64,000 bases of DNA from Takakia lepidozioides (taxonomy: Eukaryota > Plantae > Bryophyta): assembly GCA_030704615.1 (NCBI GenBank), contig CM060732.1:24366001-24430000 (forward strand), read 5' to 3'. Of this stretch, positions 32,374-46,600 are shown piece after piece. The notes under the pieces are model-generated. The model ran no database searches. It had not been told where the DNA came from and worked only from the letters and a program-made list of their open reading frames with translations. Position numbers and translations under genes: made by a program. Numbering within the stretch: the stretch's first letter is position 1; the number at the start of each line of letters is the position of its first letter.

Positions 32374-35300
32374 CTAGGGGAACAAGGGTTGCTGGAGAAG
32401 TCCAGTGTCTTCAGGACAGCCCATCATCAAATTTAAGTTCTGCAAAGCTTGGCCAGAAGCCCCCTTCACCAAATTGTCAATCTGCACCCACCCACATTCA
32501 ATTTATATTCTTTCATATTTCAGTCCAGGTGCACATTGTTCCCAAGTTAAGTGTTAACTGGATTGTAAGTAGTACATCTAGCATATAACATGGATCTGTC
32601 TTTGATTGTCTTGTTCCATTTTGTCTCTTCAAAGCCAAGCTAAACCTCTCACTGTTATTCTCTACTCACGCCTCTCTCTATCTTCTAGGTCTTCTCTTTC
32701 TCATGCACTGGAAACTAAATACAGAATGCCGCCTTTACTGCAGATGTCTTGCTCCCGGCTAGTAAAACTACAGGTAAACATAGTACTACGCATGTTATCT
32801 AGTAGGGTTGCATGCAACCCAGGCCATTATAGTCAACAAAAGCTTGCTAATGAGCATATCAAACACAAGGCATGATTGGGTGGATAGCAACTTTGGCCAT
32901 TATAGTCAACAAAATCTTGGCTGTAATGAGCATATCAAACAAAAGGCATGATTGGGTGGATAGCAACTTACCACAGAGATAACGATAGCCCTGCCTGAAA
33001 TGCGATCTTCAAAGACGTTCACCAGACAGTAGTTTGAGCCACGCACATGACGTGTCTGTGGTGCCAACCCCTTCGGTAGCACCACCACAAACTCTTCATC
33101 CTGCACCACCAAAAATATACTTTTCCCCACTTACTGTACTCACCACTGTAGTACACACTACACACCCCAAATTTTCTCAAATTCGCTATCCCCTGAAGCT
33201 CACTCTCTCTTTCTCACACACACAACCTGGAAGGCCAGAACAGAATCTAGTGAACCCCCTGCCTTTCTCCCCCCTCCCTCAGGTTTTCTGGTCTGTCCAA
33301 TCTGGGCAAGGAATGTATGGCTACATGGCTACAGCCAGGAACTAAAGATGCATCTCTCTATCTGTGGACAAAACAAATTTCTGCTTCTTCTCATGTATTT
33401 CGTCCTACAGGAGACATTTCAAACCTGTCAAACACAACCTTGGCAAGCCAAGAATGCCCCAACAAGGTTAAGCAGGGCGGCAGCCCAATTAGGTGGGAGT
33501 GACTCAGATAACAAAGTTCCAAGAAAAAGGAGGCTCCCAGTAAAAGGAGAAACAGGCAGACAACCAACAGCTAGCGGCACACCAACAGACAACCTACACC
33601 AACAGCTAGCAGCCAAATCGCCAGATGTACTCCAAACCCTCTCAGCAAGTAGTTAGAAAGTTTCTTTCATCCTGAAATATCATAAACCAAAGACAACCTT
33701 GACAAGCCAAGCGATACTGACGCTGACAAGGCCCGTGGACAGAGAAGTACACCAAGTGCAGACAATCAGGGGAGAGTGGTCGAGCTTACCATCATGAAGA
33801 GAAAAGCAACCATGACAAAAAGGGTAGAAGAGGCACATGCCGCAAGAACAAGCACCCATGCCCACAATGCACAAGATGGCTGCTGAGGCAAAGACTTGGG
33901 TGGTAGTACTGTGCTACCTACCAGTGGACTGATTCAGGACACTGCAGAATACATGTCGACAAAAAGGGTAGAAGAGGCACATGCCGCAAGAACAAGCACC
34001 CATGCCCACAATGCACAAGATGGCTGCTGAGGCAAAGACTTGGGTGGTAGTACTGTGCTACCTACTAGTGGACTGATTCAGGACACTGCAGAATACACGT
34101 CGTTCGCACTCAAACACAAAAAAGTAGTCATCACTAGGTGATAACTCCAAGGACAGCCTAAAAGGTCTGAAGGTCAGGGACAAGGAGGCCCTTACACGAT
34201 ATCGGCTGGAGAGGCGCTGATGCAAATCATTCACCGTTACGCCCGCCTTCATTACTACGAACATAGTCGACATCATACCTCGACTCTGTTGGAACACAGC
34301 CATGGCTGTAATATCAGACACACACTTCTACATCCTTCACCCCTCTACCAGACTGCCGGATATGAAAACATCATTCTGGAATCTGTTGGGCTAGAGCTCA
34401 CTGTCTGTATGCAACAAAATGCATCCACAAATTACCATGGGTATCAAATTCGGAGTGAAGCTGATAGTGACTTCAGATCCAACAGCATCACGAAGTCCTT
34501 GCTCAATTTCAGGTACTGCATGCCACACAGATCATAGCCTGCAAACCTTAACCATCCAAGTACACTAGGCCCTCTGGGGGATAAAGAAACAGAACACAAA
34601 AACAAAATGTGCGCATACAAGGGTACATATTGTGGTGTTAAGGGCTTCACAAACAACCTCCAGTTCTCAAAACAAATGCAACTAGTGGGGGATCCGAACT
34701 GTACCATGGCGGTGCTTTGTGATCCCATAAGGATGGATACCCTCCGTAATTTCAGCGTACAGATTAGCCTCCTTGGCAGAACGGCCTGATGGTAGCAATA
34801 ATCACACCACCGCCACCATAATTATACAAACTTACTAAAACTATCAGAAGGCACGACCTAATATTTAATCTCTTAGCTCTCGTAACCCAACCTACTGAAT
34901 GGCTTTCCTCTTGGACAAGTGTCACCTCAACACAACACAGCCAAAAAGAGAGCAAATACCTGCCCCACTCACACCCGATTTTGCGTCGATGATAATATTG
35001 TCTTTCTCAATCAGTCCAGCCTAGAAAAGCCTCCAGGATGTTAGAGATCTACAGATACCTAACGTGCTATCCTAAAACTGTGAAATACGCTGGAAGAATC
35101 ATGCAAGGAGGTGTGCATCATAGGTCAGGGTATTCGCAAGGAAATCAAGATAGTGAGATCCCTTCAGTGTTGAATGAATCCCCTATATGAGTCCAGATGC
35201 TTTCTCTGTCTCGAACAAACTTAAGTTGCAAATCCAAGCATATTGAGGAACAACTAAGACCACAACTACCACGATCAGAATAAGGCGACAATCAGGAGTA

Positions 35301-38300
35301 GTGAATAATGAGTACACTCTGATCTTGTGGGACAGATTGTACTCATAAGACGTCGTTTGCCGTAGCCTTGTGGCCATTGACCCCGCGCCCAGTTTGAGCG
35401 GGATCTTGTGGGACAGAAATGAAAATCAACAGCATCACCACACAGGGCACTTGTTCAGAGAGCCACACCTCTAGCAAGGGGATAAGTGGAAGTTGGATAG
35501 ATGTGGGGTAGCAACCCGGATTTGCTACCAGTCGTGCCGTGCAAATCTCTTCTCGCCTTATTTCTGTGAGCCCATACACTGCCTCCTTCTGCCCACCATA
35601 CCAACACAATCCAGTACCATCTCGGAATCTTTGTCAACACATGGACTACTTACATTAATGCTCCGTCTGCTTCTCTCTCTTCCCCACTTCTAATTCTTCT
35701 CGTGTGGACCCTGATAGGATGGAAACCTTCACATGCCCCTCTTGATAAAATTGAAGATGGTGCAAGGCGGTGACTGTGGAATAAATGGGACAGGGGGGAA
35801 CCTGGAGCTGAGGTGCACGATGGGCTCCATTGTACCACTCTTCATACACTTTGATATCACGCAGTCGGAAGTCCTGCATTTCCGTATCCACCATTCAAGG
35901 ACATTATATACCTGCTACACTTCCAGATATAACTTCTCATTAAGTTCCCATGTGGAGACTACACAATTAGGCAGTCGACAAGATTCGACACAGTACTACA
36001 TATAACAAGACCACTAACGCAGATAAAAGTTTGAAAAATGGGTCATATACTCCTCTACATTGGAACCTGAGAGCCCCATGTTCTATACATGGAAGAATAC
36101 TTCTAGATTCACAAGTCTTCCTACATAAAAAAGACATCAACATGAAAGGATTGTGCAAGGCATACCGCTGAAAGATCAACCACCTTCAGATCTGTTGGCA
36201 GAGCCGCAATAATCTCCTGCACAGGAGGAACATCTCCATAAGCATTCAACCCACACACAAGGATGGCATGCTCCATACATTCAAATGCATTGGGCTAATT
36301 TTGAAGCAGAATTACATTGGTATCAGGGAAATTTATAATTTTAGGATTATTATGATCAAAGACCCCTTAAACATGCTGCGATTATTTCTGAAGATCCAAT
36401 AGAGTGGAGAGAACATGCCCTGTACTTAACTGTTGTGCCCTTGGAAATGACCATCACTGCAACCAACATGCAGCATCGGCAGGTGATTATAGCTCAGGGT
36501 AGGAGAGGAATGCAACAGTTCTGATCTTACCTGTGTCGTCCCGTGAGGCAGACAGCAGAACACTGCATCAGTCTTAGAGAAGTCAGCATCCTTGACTGCC
36601 ACCAAATCTGGCAATTCCTGAATTCAGCACCAGATAAAATATTGTAACAGCATTACCAGAAAAATTATCTGTGCACATAGTCCTCTATGGCCTTTCTCTT
36701 ACTTATCAAAACTGAAGCCTCTTCAGCTCAGAAGGGTCAACAGGAAAGGTGGCACACCTGAGAGATCAAATGGGGGAAGACGGATGCAAGTGACTGCCCG
36801 GCCCTGCGATCAGCTGTCATCATCGTCACTTTAAAAAAGGGATGCGTTGCCAGCAAGCGCACTATCTGTCCAACACCCACAATGTCAACATCAGTACATA
36901 CAGGCAGGGTTGCTTCAGAAAGACAGTTGGCACTCAATTATCTTTAACAGGCTTGTTGTCAGAGCAATGGCAATATCAGGCTGCACATACTCTGGTCAGC
37001 TGAAACCCTGTCCGTGAGAATCACGACATGTCACACCTCTGCTACTCTCTCACAGTTCTCTCCCTGCTCACTAGGAAGCCTATTGCCATGGTGGACATGA
37101 TATGGGAGTAGATGAATGTCTATGTGACTAAATGCCGGCCTTGTGACCTCTATGTTTGTTTTGACCTGAAGCACTCTGCTTTAGGTAAGGTAGTACATTG
37201 GATTTAGCTGGAGAGTACCGGGCCTCTTCCTCTTTACACTATATCTAAGTGGGCCATTCCCTGCAGCTCCTTTGGTGTGCTGATCTCTGAATGGTAAAAA
37301 GCGGATCCCTACTCCTTGGGGGCAGCCCCTCGCTCAAAGTGGGAAGTTGCATGCTCTGTCTTGCATGCTTGGCAGGGCTAGGGTTTTCCCTTGTGTTTAA
37401 TCGTCTAGCCTGCAAAATATGAAAATTTCTGTGAAAATGTTCTGGATACTGTCCTACTCCCCAGGGTGATTCCTGGGAACTGGTCACGTTATGCCAAATC
37501 TAGAGCTTCATGTTTAGTTTTTGGGGTGAATCCCAGGATGGACGATGTGTCCTTTAAAACTACTTGCTCAAATTTAGGCTTGAAACATGTGGCTGACGGC
37601 ACCATCTTGAGACTTGGTATCATGACATCAGAGATGCATTGAAGGTGACAATGTCTAAGAATGCTCCAAGTAGAGATTCACTTGAAATCAATCTCAGAGA
37701 AGTTCGACCATTGACTAGTTGGAGAGCAATCTTAGACATAGGTAATTCAAAAGGGGCGCTCAGGGAGGACAGTCAAGGATGGGGACTTTACACTGAAAGT
37801 TTCCAATCTGTTTGAAGCCCTGGAAGAGGTTGCCACAGAAGAAGCAGACATGCCTTCGCGTGCAGGGATTGATCAACGCGTAAATGAAGGATATGGCATA
37901 CTCAATGGCATGCCAATCCTCAAAGTCTACACGCGACGATGAAAGCCTACACGCGATCAAACAGACCCACCAATGCAGAATTGCAGGATGTCTAGGAGCA
38001 TTCAAAAGACACCTAGATATCAGACAATTCGTATGCATAAAGCTCGTCTGTGAGCTGGGCAACTTGATCTTCTGTGGGCTAACTAACCAAAAGGAAACAA
38101 TATGAAGTGGGACAACTTCTTCGAGCAAATGGCATTCACATTTGTGCTGGGCAGGAGACATGGGAAACCCCTGACAAGCTAATTTGGGATATCATTGGCT
38201 ATAAATGGTTTGGTAAGATGTGTGCCCTCAAGGTGGCCTCCGTAATAGGATTCTTTGTCTGTGATTTCTTGTGATAATTGTGAAATTATCAGCAAGGAAC

Positions 38301-39820
38301 TTCAGTATGAACCTAGTATCTGGAAGAGACAAATTGAAGGGCGGCGTAAGGGCTAAGGACCTCTTTATGGGTTGTGTCTACGCCTACCAAGGAGTGTTGA
38401 GGCAGACAAAGCCTTTGAAGAAGTCAAGCTGGACTGTGCTAAGTTCCTCACAACCATGGCCATGTGGTCTTGTTAGGTGAATCAATGGCCGGGTGGACAA
38501 CGGTCTACAACAAGATGTCACAGGGCTTTTTGGTGAGGATGAGACAAGACTTACCAATTTGCTGGTAGAAAATTCAGCTTCTGACCTTGAACAATAGGTC
38601 CATAGAAGACCTTTGCAGTGGACTCGTGAAAAAGCCCAAACTGGGGAACGGTCCATTGTGGATTATCTTGTAGTGTTCCCCCAGTGTTGGTTGATAGAAC
38701 CGATATTGGTTCTTCTGACCACTTTCTTGTCTGGACTGGGATCAAAAGGTGTATTCTTGACACCAAGAGATCTGTGCAACGTTCATTTCGAAAGTGGCGC
38801 CCAGACAGATATGTCCAGACCTTAAATGAGGCTCTCTCACACTTTATCCAATCACTCCAAGACCTCTCTTCCTGCTTAGGTGATGCAAGAAGCAAAGATG
38901 AACGAGCTGTGGATTCCTGGGAGACTTTCGCACCTCTGCTGCTGATAAGATCCTTGGGATGGAATTAATTGTCCGCAATAGAGGAGTAAATTGGTGGACC
39001 AATGAGATCAAGCTCAAGATTGCTGAGAGTCGGGCGCTTTATATGGACTGCTGTAGTCAAAGACTGTCCGATGAAAATGAAGCTAGGCATAAAACTTCCT
39101 GAACTTGTTTCCAGTCTGTGACATGGGCAAGGACCTTAAGGATGATCTCAAAGTCCTTTCTACCCTCGAAAATCAGGGCAGGAAGCCTACCTTTGAACAA
39201 TAAACAGATGCAGGGAAGAAGAGTAATTGCCCGATATGTGGGCAGCCTGAAGACAATATCCACTTTCTGATACAGTGTCCCGGATATTGTCACCAGAGAG
39301 TGACCCTCTTCAGGACAATCAAGAACATTGGCCCTGTCCAACTTTCAATTCTTGAGCCTGAGCCTAAAGCCCTGGCCTGTTGGGGTCTAATTGCTGGCAC
39401 AGCAGGTTGATGCTTGTGTGAATGGCGTTCTAGAGGATATCTGGAACACCCGAACGAATTGTCTCTATCAAGGTAAGTCCGGAGTGAGCCCCTCACAAAG
39501 GTCGTATGTGCTCCCTTTTGTTCCGTCCAACTGGGCGCGGGGTATATGGCCACAAGGCTTACGGCCTCTTATGAGTACATTCTCTCTCACAGTCATACCT
39601 CGGATCCGGTGTAGCCACTGGCACCCAAAACGCCCACTCGCACAGTGTCACCGGGCTTCAAATTTGTCTCTACAGCTTCCTGCCTTCTAGGCGCAGAAGT
39701 GACAGTCATGGACGGCCCCTGCCGCTTGCAACCTTTCAAAGAAGCACATTCCACCATATTTCCTGCAAATGCTGACTTCACAGCTCCCCCGACACCAGCG
39801 TACACAATTGACGATGCCAT
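32374..39820 (-). CDS. argC: N-acetyl-gamma-glutamyl-phosphate reductase, plastid-targeted, about 12 exons
   Basis: [34 protein letters not shown]|[26 protein letters not shown] and [21 protein letters not shown]. Stop TAG at 32374-32376 and a transit-peptide-like N-terminus. Confidence 0.97.
33814..34101. repeat. 144-bp near-perfect tandem duplication in an argC intron
   Basis: GACAAAAAGGGTAGAAGAGGCACATGCC...CTGCAGAATACA at 33814 and 33958. Confidence 0.95.
37057..39581 (+). mobile_element. Degenerate, internally deleted LINE in argC intron 1, antisense to argC
   Basis: APE-endonuclease remnants ([33 protein letters not shown]), WWTNEIK and a C-terminal [18 protein letters not shown] finger. 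No RT motifs lie between them. A 12-bp direct repeat CTCTCTCACAGT occurs at 37045-37056 and 39582-39593. Confidence 0.8.
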
Positions 39821-40678
39821 CCTTCCTAATACCAAACACGCCTCCAAATCTCTCACTCACTCTCTCTCTCTCTCTCTCTCATACAACGACAAGTACACAG
39901 CAGCGGAGTCTCGCCGCGTCTACAGCCCAGGCCCAGTCTAAAAATGGCAATCTGAAATTGTGAAAAAATACCAAAATGTCCAAATATGTAGAAAAAATGC
40001 CTAAATTGTATTGTTTAAAGTCCAATAAAAAGGCAAAAATGCCTACAATTTAGAATTTCATGTCCACACAACTACATCTCAGAGAATGTTAAGGTCAAGA
40101 ACATCATCATCCTCGATATCGTCAACCTCTTTTCTGACATCTAGCACATCCTTCAAAGGTCGATTGGGTTAAAATGATGCAATGCATTGAGGAGCTTGCA
40201 CCACCTTGAATCTGCATTTTCTCAATTGCAATCCCCTACTCCCTGTGACATGAGTTCAGTCCCATTCAGCAAAGTTGCTCCAAAGCAGCTAATTCGCATT
40301 GGCAACAAATATACAAAAACCTCTGTAACGCGTAACATTATAAACAGATACAGCAGAAAGGAATTGCAACATTAAGAAAATGCAATTGGAGCTGCATTGT
40401 TAGTGCTTACAGGGGTGTGTCCATATGTCCATACCAATGCTCTCCGAGGCTTTGAACAAGCATCATACGATGACTCTCTGCACCGTGGAGTCAATTCCAG
40501 TTGTATCAATTCAGCTACAGGGTTATTATGAGTACAACAAGACCAAGAAACTTGGCCAATCAAAAGATAGTCAGCCAATGTGGTCTGTGGTGTTCTTCAG
40601 CTACATTTCTCCATCTATCACCCACCCCTTTAGAGGGTGATACCGAATTGGTGAAGAGTAAAGCAACTGGTGACAAGC

Positions 40679-43600
40679 TCAGCACCAGTACACCAGATGT
40701 GTCCATGCCTACGAGTGATGACTTCAGTTTCTGTTTTGAATTCCCCATTCGCCCCTAAGATGGCATTGGGGTAATTTAACAGAGAACTAAACAGAACTAT
40801 GTACATTTATCAATTAGAGAAGCCACCGATAATCTCTGAAGAAGAGTTTTGTATCTTCTATGTCTGTAACAATTAGGACATATCAATGTTCGAGGGGGTG
40901 GAGAGCTTGTTCCGGTACTCCACCAACTCTTTTGCCACAGCAACCTTATTATACCGTTGTGCCTGTTCAATGCCACACAATTTTCACGTTCTTAGTATGG
41001 AAAGCTCAAGAGGTGGTGTGGCCTAACTACTTAATAATGTCTCCAAGGGGGCTGTGCAGCTTGTGGACACTAGAAAGCTTCATTCACCTGGAGGATAAGC
41101 TGCTCCACAAAATTGGTTTTGTCCACTGGGAAATCTGGTACCGACAGCAGCTCAAATAGCTGCAAACCACCAATCAACTAAACTTGTGAGATCTTTACCT
41201 CTCTGCCACCGGGCTAAGTGGGGCAGCTATAGTGTTCTATCAAGCCACCACCGCCAGTACAAGTAATCAGGGATACAAGGGCCCACCGAGGGAAAACAAC
41301 CTGGTTCAGTATTATATCCATTATAAGATGTAATTCACAATGAACCTCATGTGTCGAACAGCTGACAGTGCCCCTTGACAGCAAATTATCAGTTGCCATG
41401 ACTTTAGTCCACCCAAACTCGTGCCGGGTCTATGGCCACAAGGCTACAGCAAACAACGTCTTATGAGTACCTTCTTTCTCTCTCTCTACAATATGCATAG
41501 ATGTATGTAGATATATTTTTCAAGGGGGGAACACAACCCTTCAGACCTAACTGAAGCGAGCAGTACAGATATCTCTTGGCATGTCTAGTCTTCTATTCTG
41601 GCTGATCAAATTGACTAAATTATCTCAATAACTCAGAAGACTCATGTTACAGGCATGGAACATACATAGGTGCACCATGTCACACAGGGTGAATGATTAG
41701 GGTTACAAACCTTTTGCGTATCGGATGGCTTGGAGATACGAAGTGCTCTGATGACAGAAAGAAGGAAGGCAACAACATGGGACTGATCTTGGTGAGAGCC
41801 TAAAGGTGTCACCACCACAACCCGTCGCATCCTGCGACCTTGCTCTAATAGCCCACTCCCAACATCATTTGAAGATACCACCACACTTGCTGACTCTAAT
41901 TTGTCACTAAGGAGAGGCCTCCTCTCAGCTATGTCATTCTGTTTCTCTATACTAATTTCTGTACTCTTGCGCTTGCCATCAACCCTTTCCTCCGCAACAT
42001 CTGTGCCTGTAGTGGGAACTTGCTGAAGAGTTATCACTTCCATGGGAGGTGTAAGCAGCACATCAGGAGCTCTCCCGTCTGTGCTGCCACCCTCAACGGC
42101 AGGTTGGACCTGCCTGGGCGGGGAGGTCACCTCAGTATTTGGAGATGCAACCTCTGTGGTAGAATCAGAAGCAGAGGACGATGAGGAGAGGGAGGCAGAG
42201 GAGAGGGAGTCAGATGGAGGAAGACGCCGTCGGCGCTTTCGTCCACGTAGCAAGGGACCACCAGGCCCTTCCAGCCATGCCTCGTCTGCACCACCATCAC
42301 TCTTCTCCTGCCGATATGGATTCCCGAACATGGTACGCTGTTGCTTGCTCCTGTCTGGATCTTCTGCCTGCAGCAGTTTCATTCCAGAGTGGCTCAGCTA
42401 TAATCCTACTTTCCATGCAACACAGGCAAAACTGGCAGGACAGAGTATAAAGAACTCACAAATGGATTGCGGGGAGGTTGCTGCTTCAGAAGTGCATCGT
42501 TGAAATCACCCATCTGCTCCATCACCATACACATGTGAGAAATACAGAAGCTCATGTATTTCAAAAGTAACATAAAGAATGTGGGAATAGGCATGCGTGT
42601 GCCAAGGGACTTGGATGACATTCAGATGGGCACAAGCTCTCAACAAATGCCTTTGACGTTTACAGCTTGATAAGGCTCAGAAGTTTCAACTCCAGCACTA
42701 AGCTGGGGCCGCTAACAGACTGCCAACTGCCTACACAAGATAAGCACCATTTTCAGATGCTACTGTTAGAAAGGTCGAAAAGCTCCATCAGGGACAGAGA
42801 CTGTTCATGACAAGGGAAGCCCTTGACGGATGCATGCAGACACGCTCGCACCTTCTCAATAGGAAGTGAATGCCGGGCATCATCCTCATCCTTAGCAGCC
42901 AGGCGTGCAGCGAGGTTGTTAATACTGGACTTGTTGGTTTTGCCACTCTCTCTTTCACTCCTACGACTTTGCCGCACATCCATAGCCAATGCCACACGGA
43001 TTGGGAGGTACCGTAGTTGTCTGCACCATCCATGCCATACGACACATTGACCTCCAATATTCTGTAAGCTGCGCCAAAGTGAGACAATAATCCCACCACC
43101 AAGACACAAAAGACAAGCATGTGCAATATTGCTTTAAGTGCGATATAGAGGGAAGGCCAGCAGCAGATAGAGCGAACCTGAGTAGCTGGTCACGTGGTAC
43201 ATCAAATGGGTTTTTGAAAATAGATACATCTTTCATGATGCCAGAAGTAACAAAAGAGGTGGTTGTTTCTGGAGCAGACATTCCCAGAGCAGGTGCATAG
43301 ACAGTAGGAGCCACAAATGGTGGCACCACATGGGCTGGAGATGGGCCTGACGGCAGCAGCGACTCCCAGCCCAGCTTCCGCCCTGCGACCTGCTCACCAT
43401 GCCCCAATCCCCGGTGTGGTGCTGCAAAACTTGTGCTGCTGGGGAACCCAGGTGGGGCCTCTGCGCCGGCAGGTGGGAGCTGTGGTAAGGTTCTTCCCAA
43501 TCCACGACTCCTGCTGCTTGTCCCTGATCCTTGCTGTTCTGTCTGCAGATGCACAGATATATTGCAGTTACTAACATGCTTGCAAACCACCCTTATTGCC

Positions 43601-46600
43601 AGCCTGGTAGAACATAAAGAAGCATTAAACTAATGGAAGACCTTGGGAACAGAACCAACATGCGACTTTGGCGTACAGTTGCCTATTACAGGTCCCAAGT
43701 CCCTCATCAGAATCATTGACTTGATGGGTCAATGATGGCTGGAGGATCAACTTTGTTGACAAGTAAGCAGAAGACACGTGGGTCGGCCTAGGATGACCCT
43801 CCGGTTACTAGAGTGAATGAAAAGACAAACGCGAGCTAATGGGAAGGAGACATCTCACTGGGTTGTCAATCGAACTGGGAGCTATTTTACCTGGATACGT
43901 GACATGTCAGTCTCAAGAATTTCCTTGGCTTGCAACTTCAAGCGTTTCAATTGAGTACCAACAAATCCCGCAACCAATGAACTCTCCATGGAGTCAGGAA
44001 CCACATGTGCCTTCAGGCCCCAACGACTAAGAGCACTCCTTAAGGGAGGGCCATAATAGGCAGGAATGCTATTACAGTAGCGCTCCATGTCTTGGCGCCA
44101 TTGTGGCAGTGGTGCCATCTTTGCTGCCCCAGGCATCTTCCCCAATTGATCCAGCAGCTGCCAAAGCACCTGTTGCAGCCCCACATGTCACCGACACATG
44201 AGAGAGAAATTGATGCGCCAAAAGCCTGACCAAGATCTGACTACATCCTTTCAAAGACTGAAAATAGACCCATGACAAAGCACAACACCAATCTTCCTCT
44301 TGCCTGCCTGTGTTATCTGCAGTGCTTGTGTTGTATCTCCTAGAGCTTCGCCCCCACGGTACACTTCGGATGAGGACGGGGTGGATACAGTATTATTTGC
44401 TGAAGTTGGATCTTCCTGATCTACAGTCGTACAGCTCCCATTCATCCAACTTCCATCCCTCAATGACATACAAATACCATTGTATTGTGTATCCTTGGCA
44501 CAGTACCAAAGAAGGAAATGGTATCCTAGAGGGAAACCAAGGGGAGGCGTGCACTCACAGGATAGTTGTAGGGAAGAACAAAGAGTGTGAGATTGCTTCC
44601 ACGATTGAGTCGCAAATATCTGTCTCAACAACCAACCATTGCCACTAGTTACTCACATTTGTTTGAGGAAACCATATTAAAGCCAAGAGCTAGCGACATC
44701 TCCATTGTCAGCACCAGCGGTGATTGTGTAGCACCTGTCCTGAAATGCCTTACCCACCAAATAACATATGTTTCCTAGAGTTCCCACAGATGTAAAGGTT
44801 GCAAACAATCTCTGAGACCAGAACCTGTCATTCCTCTGAGGAAGGACAAGAGGGAACAACTAAAGGGGGAATGGTCCTCATATAAATTGCAAAAACTTGA
44901 AGATGCACATTGGCATCAAAGCAAAGTCAACAGCACAGTTCCAAGCCATTACGAGGGCTATTTAAAACTCGCATCCATGAAATAGAGCTATGTCATTGGT
45001 GCCATGTTGTCAAGTCTGGTTCAAACTAGACAGCTTTAACAGCAGGGCTGGAATCAACCTCATACTTTGTGGTATGAGGTTCATTCAGCACATATGACAA
45101 AGATAGTCCATTCAGGTAGCCCTTGTCTTGTCAGCCAGACCACTATGGCATATTTGGGTTGAGTCTACATCACTCTGGTGGGCTGAACCATGCGACCGGC
45201 ACTGGGACAGTGAGTATTCGCAGGGATTATGCCCACAAGGGATGTCAGTAGCCTAAGTTGACAGGGAGCACTCAGTGAGTCTACAGAGGAGACATGCCCA
45301 AATGCACATGGGAAGATCCCTCCTTGATTGAAGGGATGCCCACAACAATACATTCTGCTACGGTTCTTTTCAATAGTTCTAACATGTGTGACCTGGCAAC
45401 TGGGAAAAGAACGGCTGCACCATCCAGCTGTAAAAGGGCTTCAGGATCCATTTGAGAAAAACAAAGAACTGTATCACTCACCCGAAAGGATCACCATAGC
45501 CATGATTGGTGCCTTTGCTATTGCGAATATAAACTTGCCAGCACACTCCTGCTGCTTTGAGAAGAAACCCCATGATGGGGTTGGACTCAATCTGTCACAT
45601 GCCACACCTGTCTTACCCTCGTGGGAAAAACACACAGCTCCTACAACCCAAAGTTTACAACATGGAATCAACATTGACTTACAAATGGCAGGAATGCACA
45701 GGCAATGAAAGGGGTACCTCATATTTGTCAAAAATGAAGTTGTTTGGGATGTAGGGATCTTCACCCACAGCCTTGTATGCAATGATGGGATGTGGTTCTC
45801 TTGGAGAAACGCCTGGATGTGAAGGGTCTGGCCAATACGCCTCAGGAATGGGCCAGTGCCCTTGGCCCTGGGCCTGACCTCCCCGTACTAGCAACATCTT
45901 GCGTTGGCATGCTGCATGGACCTGCCCAGATCACCCACCATCTTAGTTTCCCCCAAACATAGCTAGATGCAAGTATAAGACTCTCTGCCTCAAAACCAAG
46001 AAACTAAACAGCTCATCACACATCTTGTTTCGCATTAGGAGACAATCTTCAACTCATATTCTTTGAGTACAAATTGCAACATTTATCAATCATGACTTTG
46101 TCATCTAACTTGGCTTGACTGTGTTTGATGCCCATTCACCCATCAAGCACTATTAACAGCCCATAAGTCGCCCCAACGCTCCCTCTAATAGGAATCAACA
46201 AACATAAGGTAGCTCAGTCAAATTGTGTCAGGTAAAGCATGTTGGGTGTCCTTTCACTGTGAGAAATCTGACATTTCACCTATAAATTAGACCCATGCCC
46301 TGATTGTCTGGTTGTCTTGTGTAAGCTTAAAAAATGTCCAGCGATGATTGAAAGGATGAACTGCACCTGCGGTGGAAGAGTGGTGGAGCCAGGTAGGGGC
46401 ATGTGCTCAAAGGAGACAATAACACAGGGTGGCAGTCGGGCTGCCGTCACCTCCGTATGCTGCATTAGCACCTTCCAGCTTGTCGCCACAAAACACTTGC
46501 CTCTGCCCCCCAACCTCCTCAGTCCTTTCTCTAATTGTTCCTAGAATAGCACAAAAGCCTACAATATCAAACAGCTACCCGATGTAACGAGGAACCTTCA

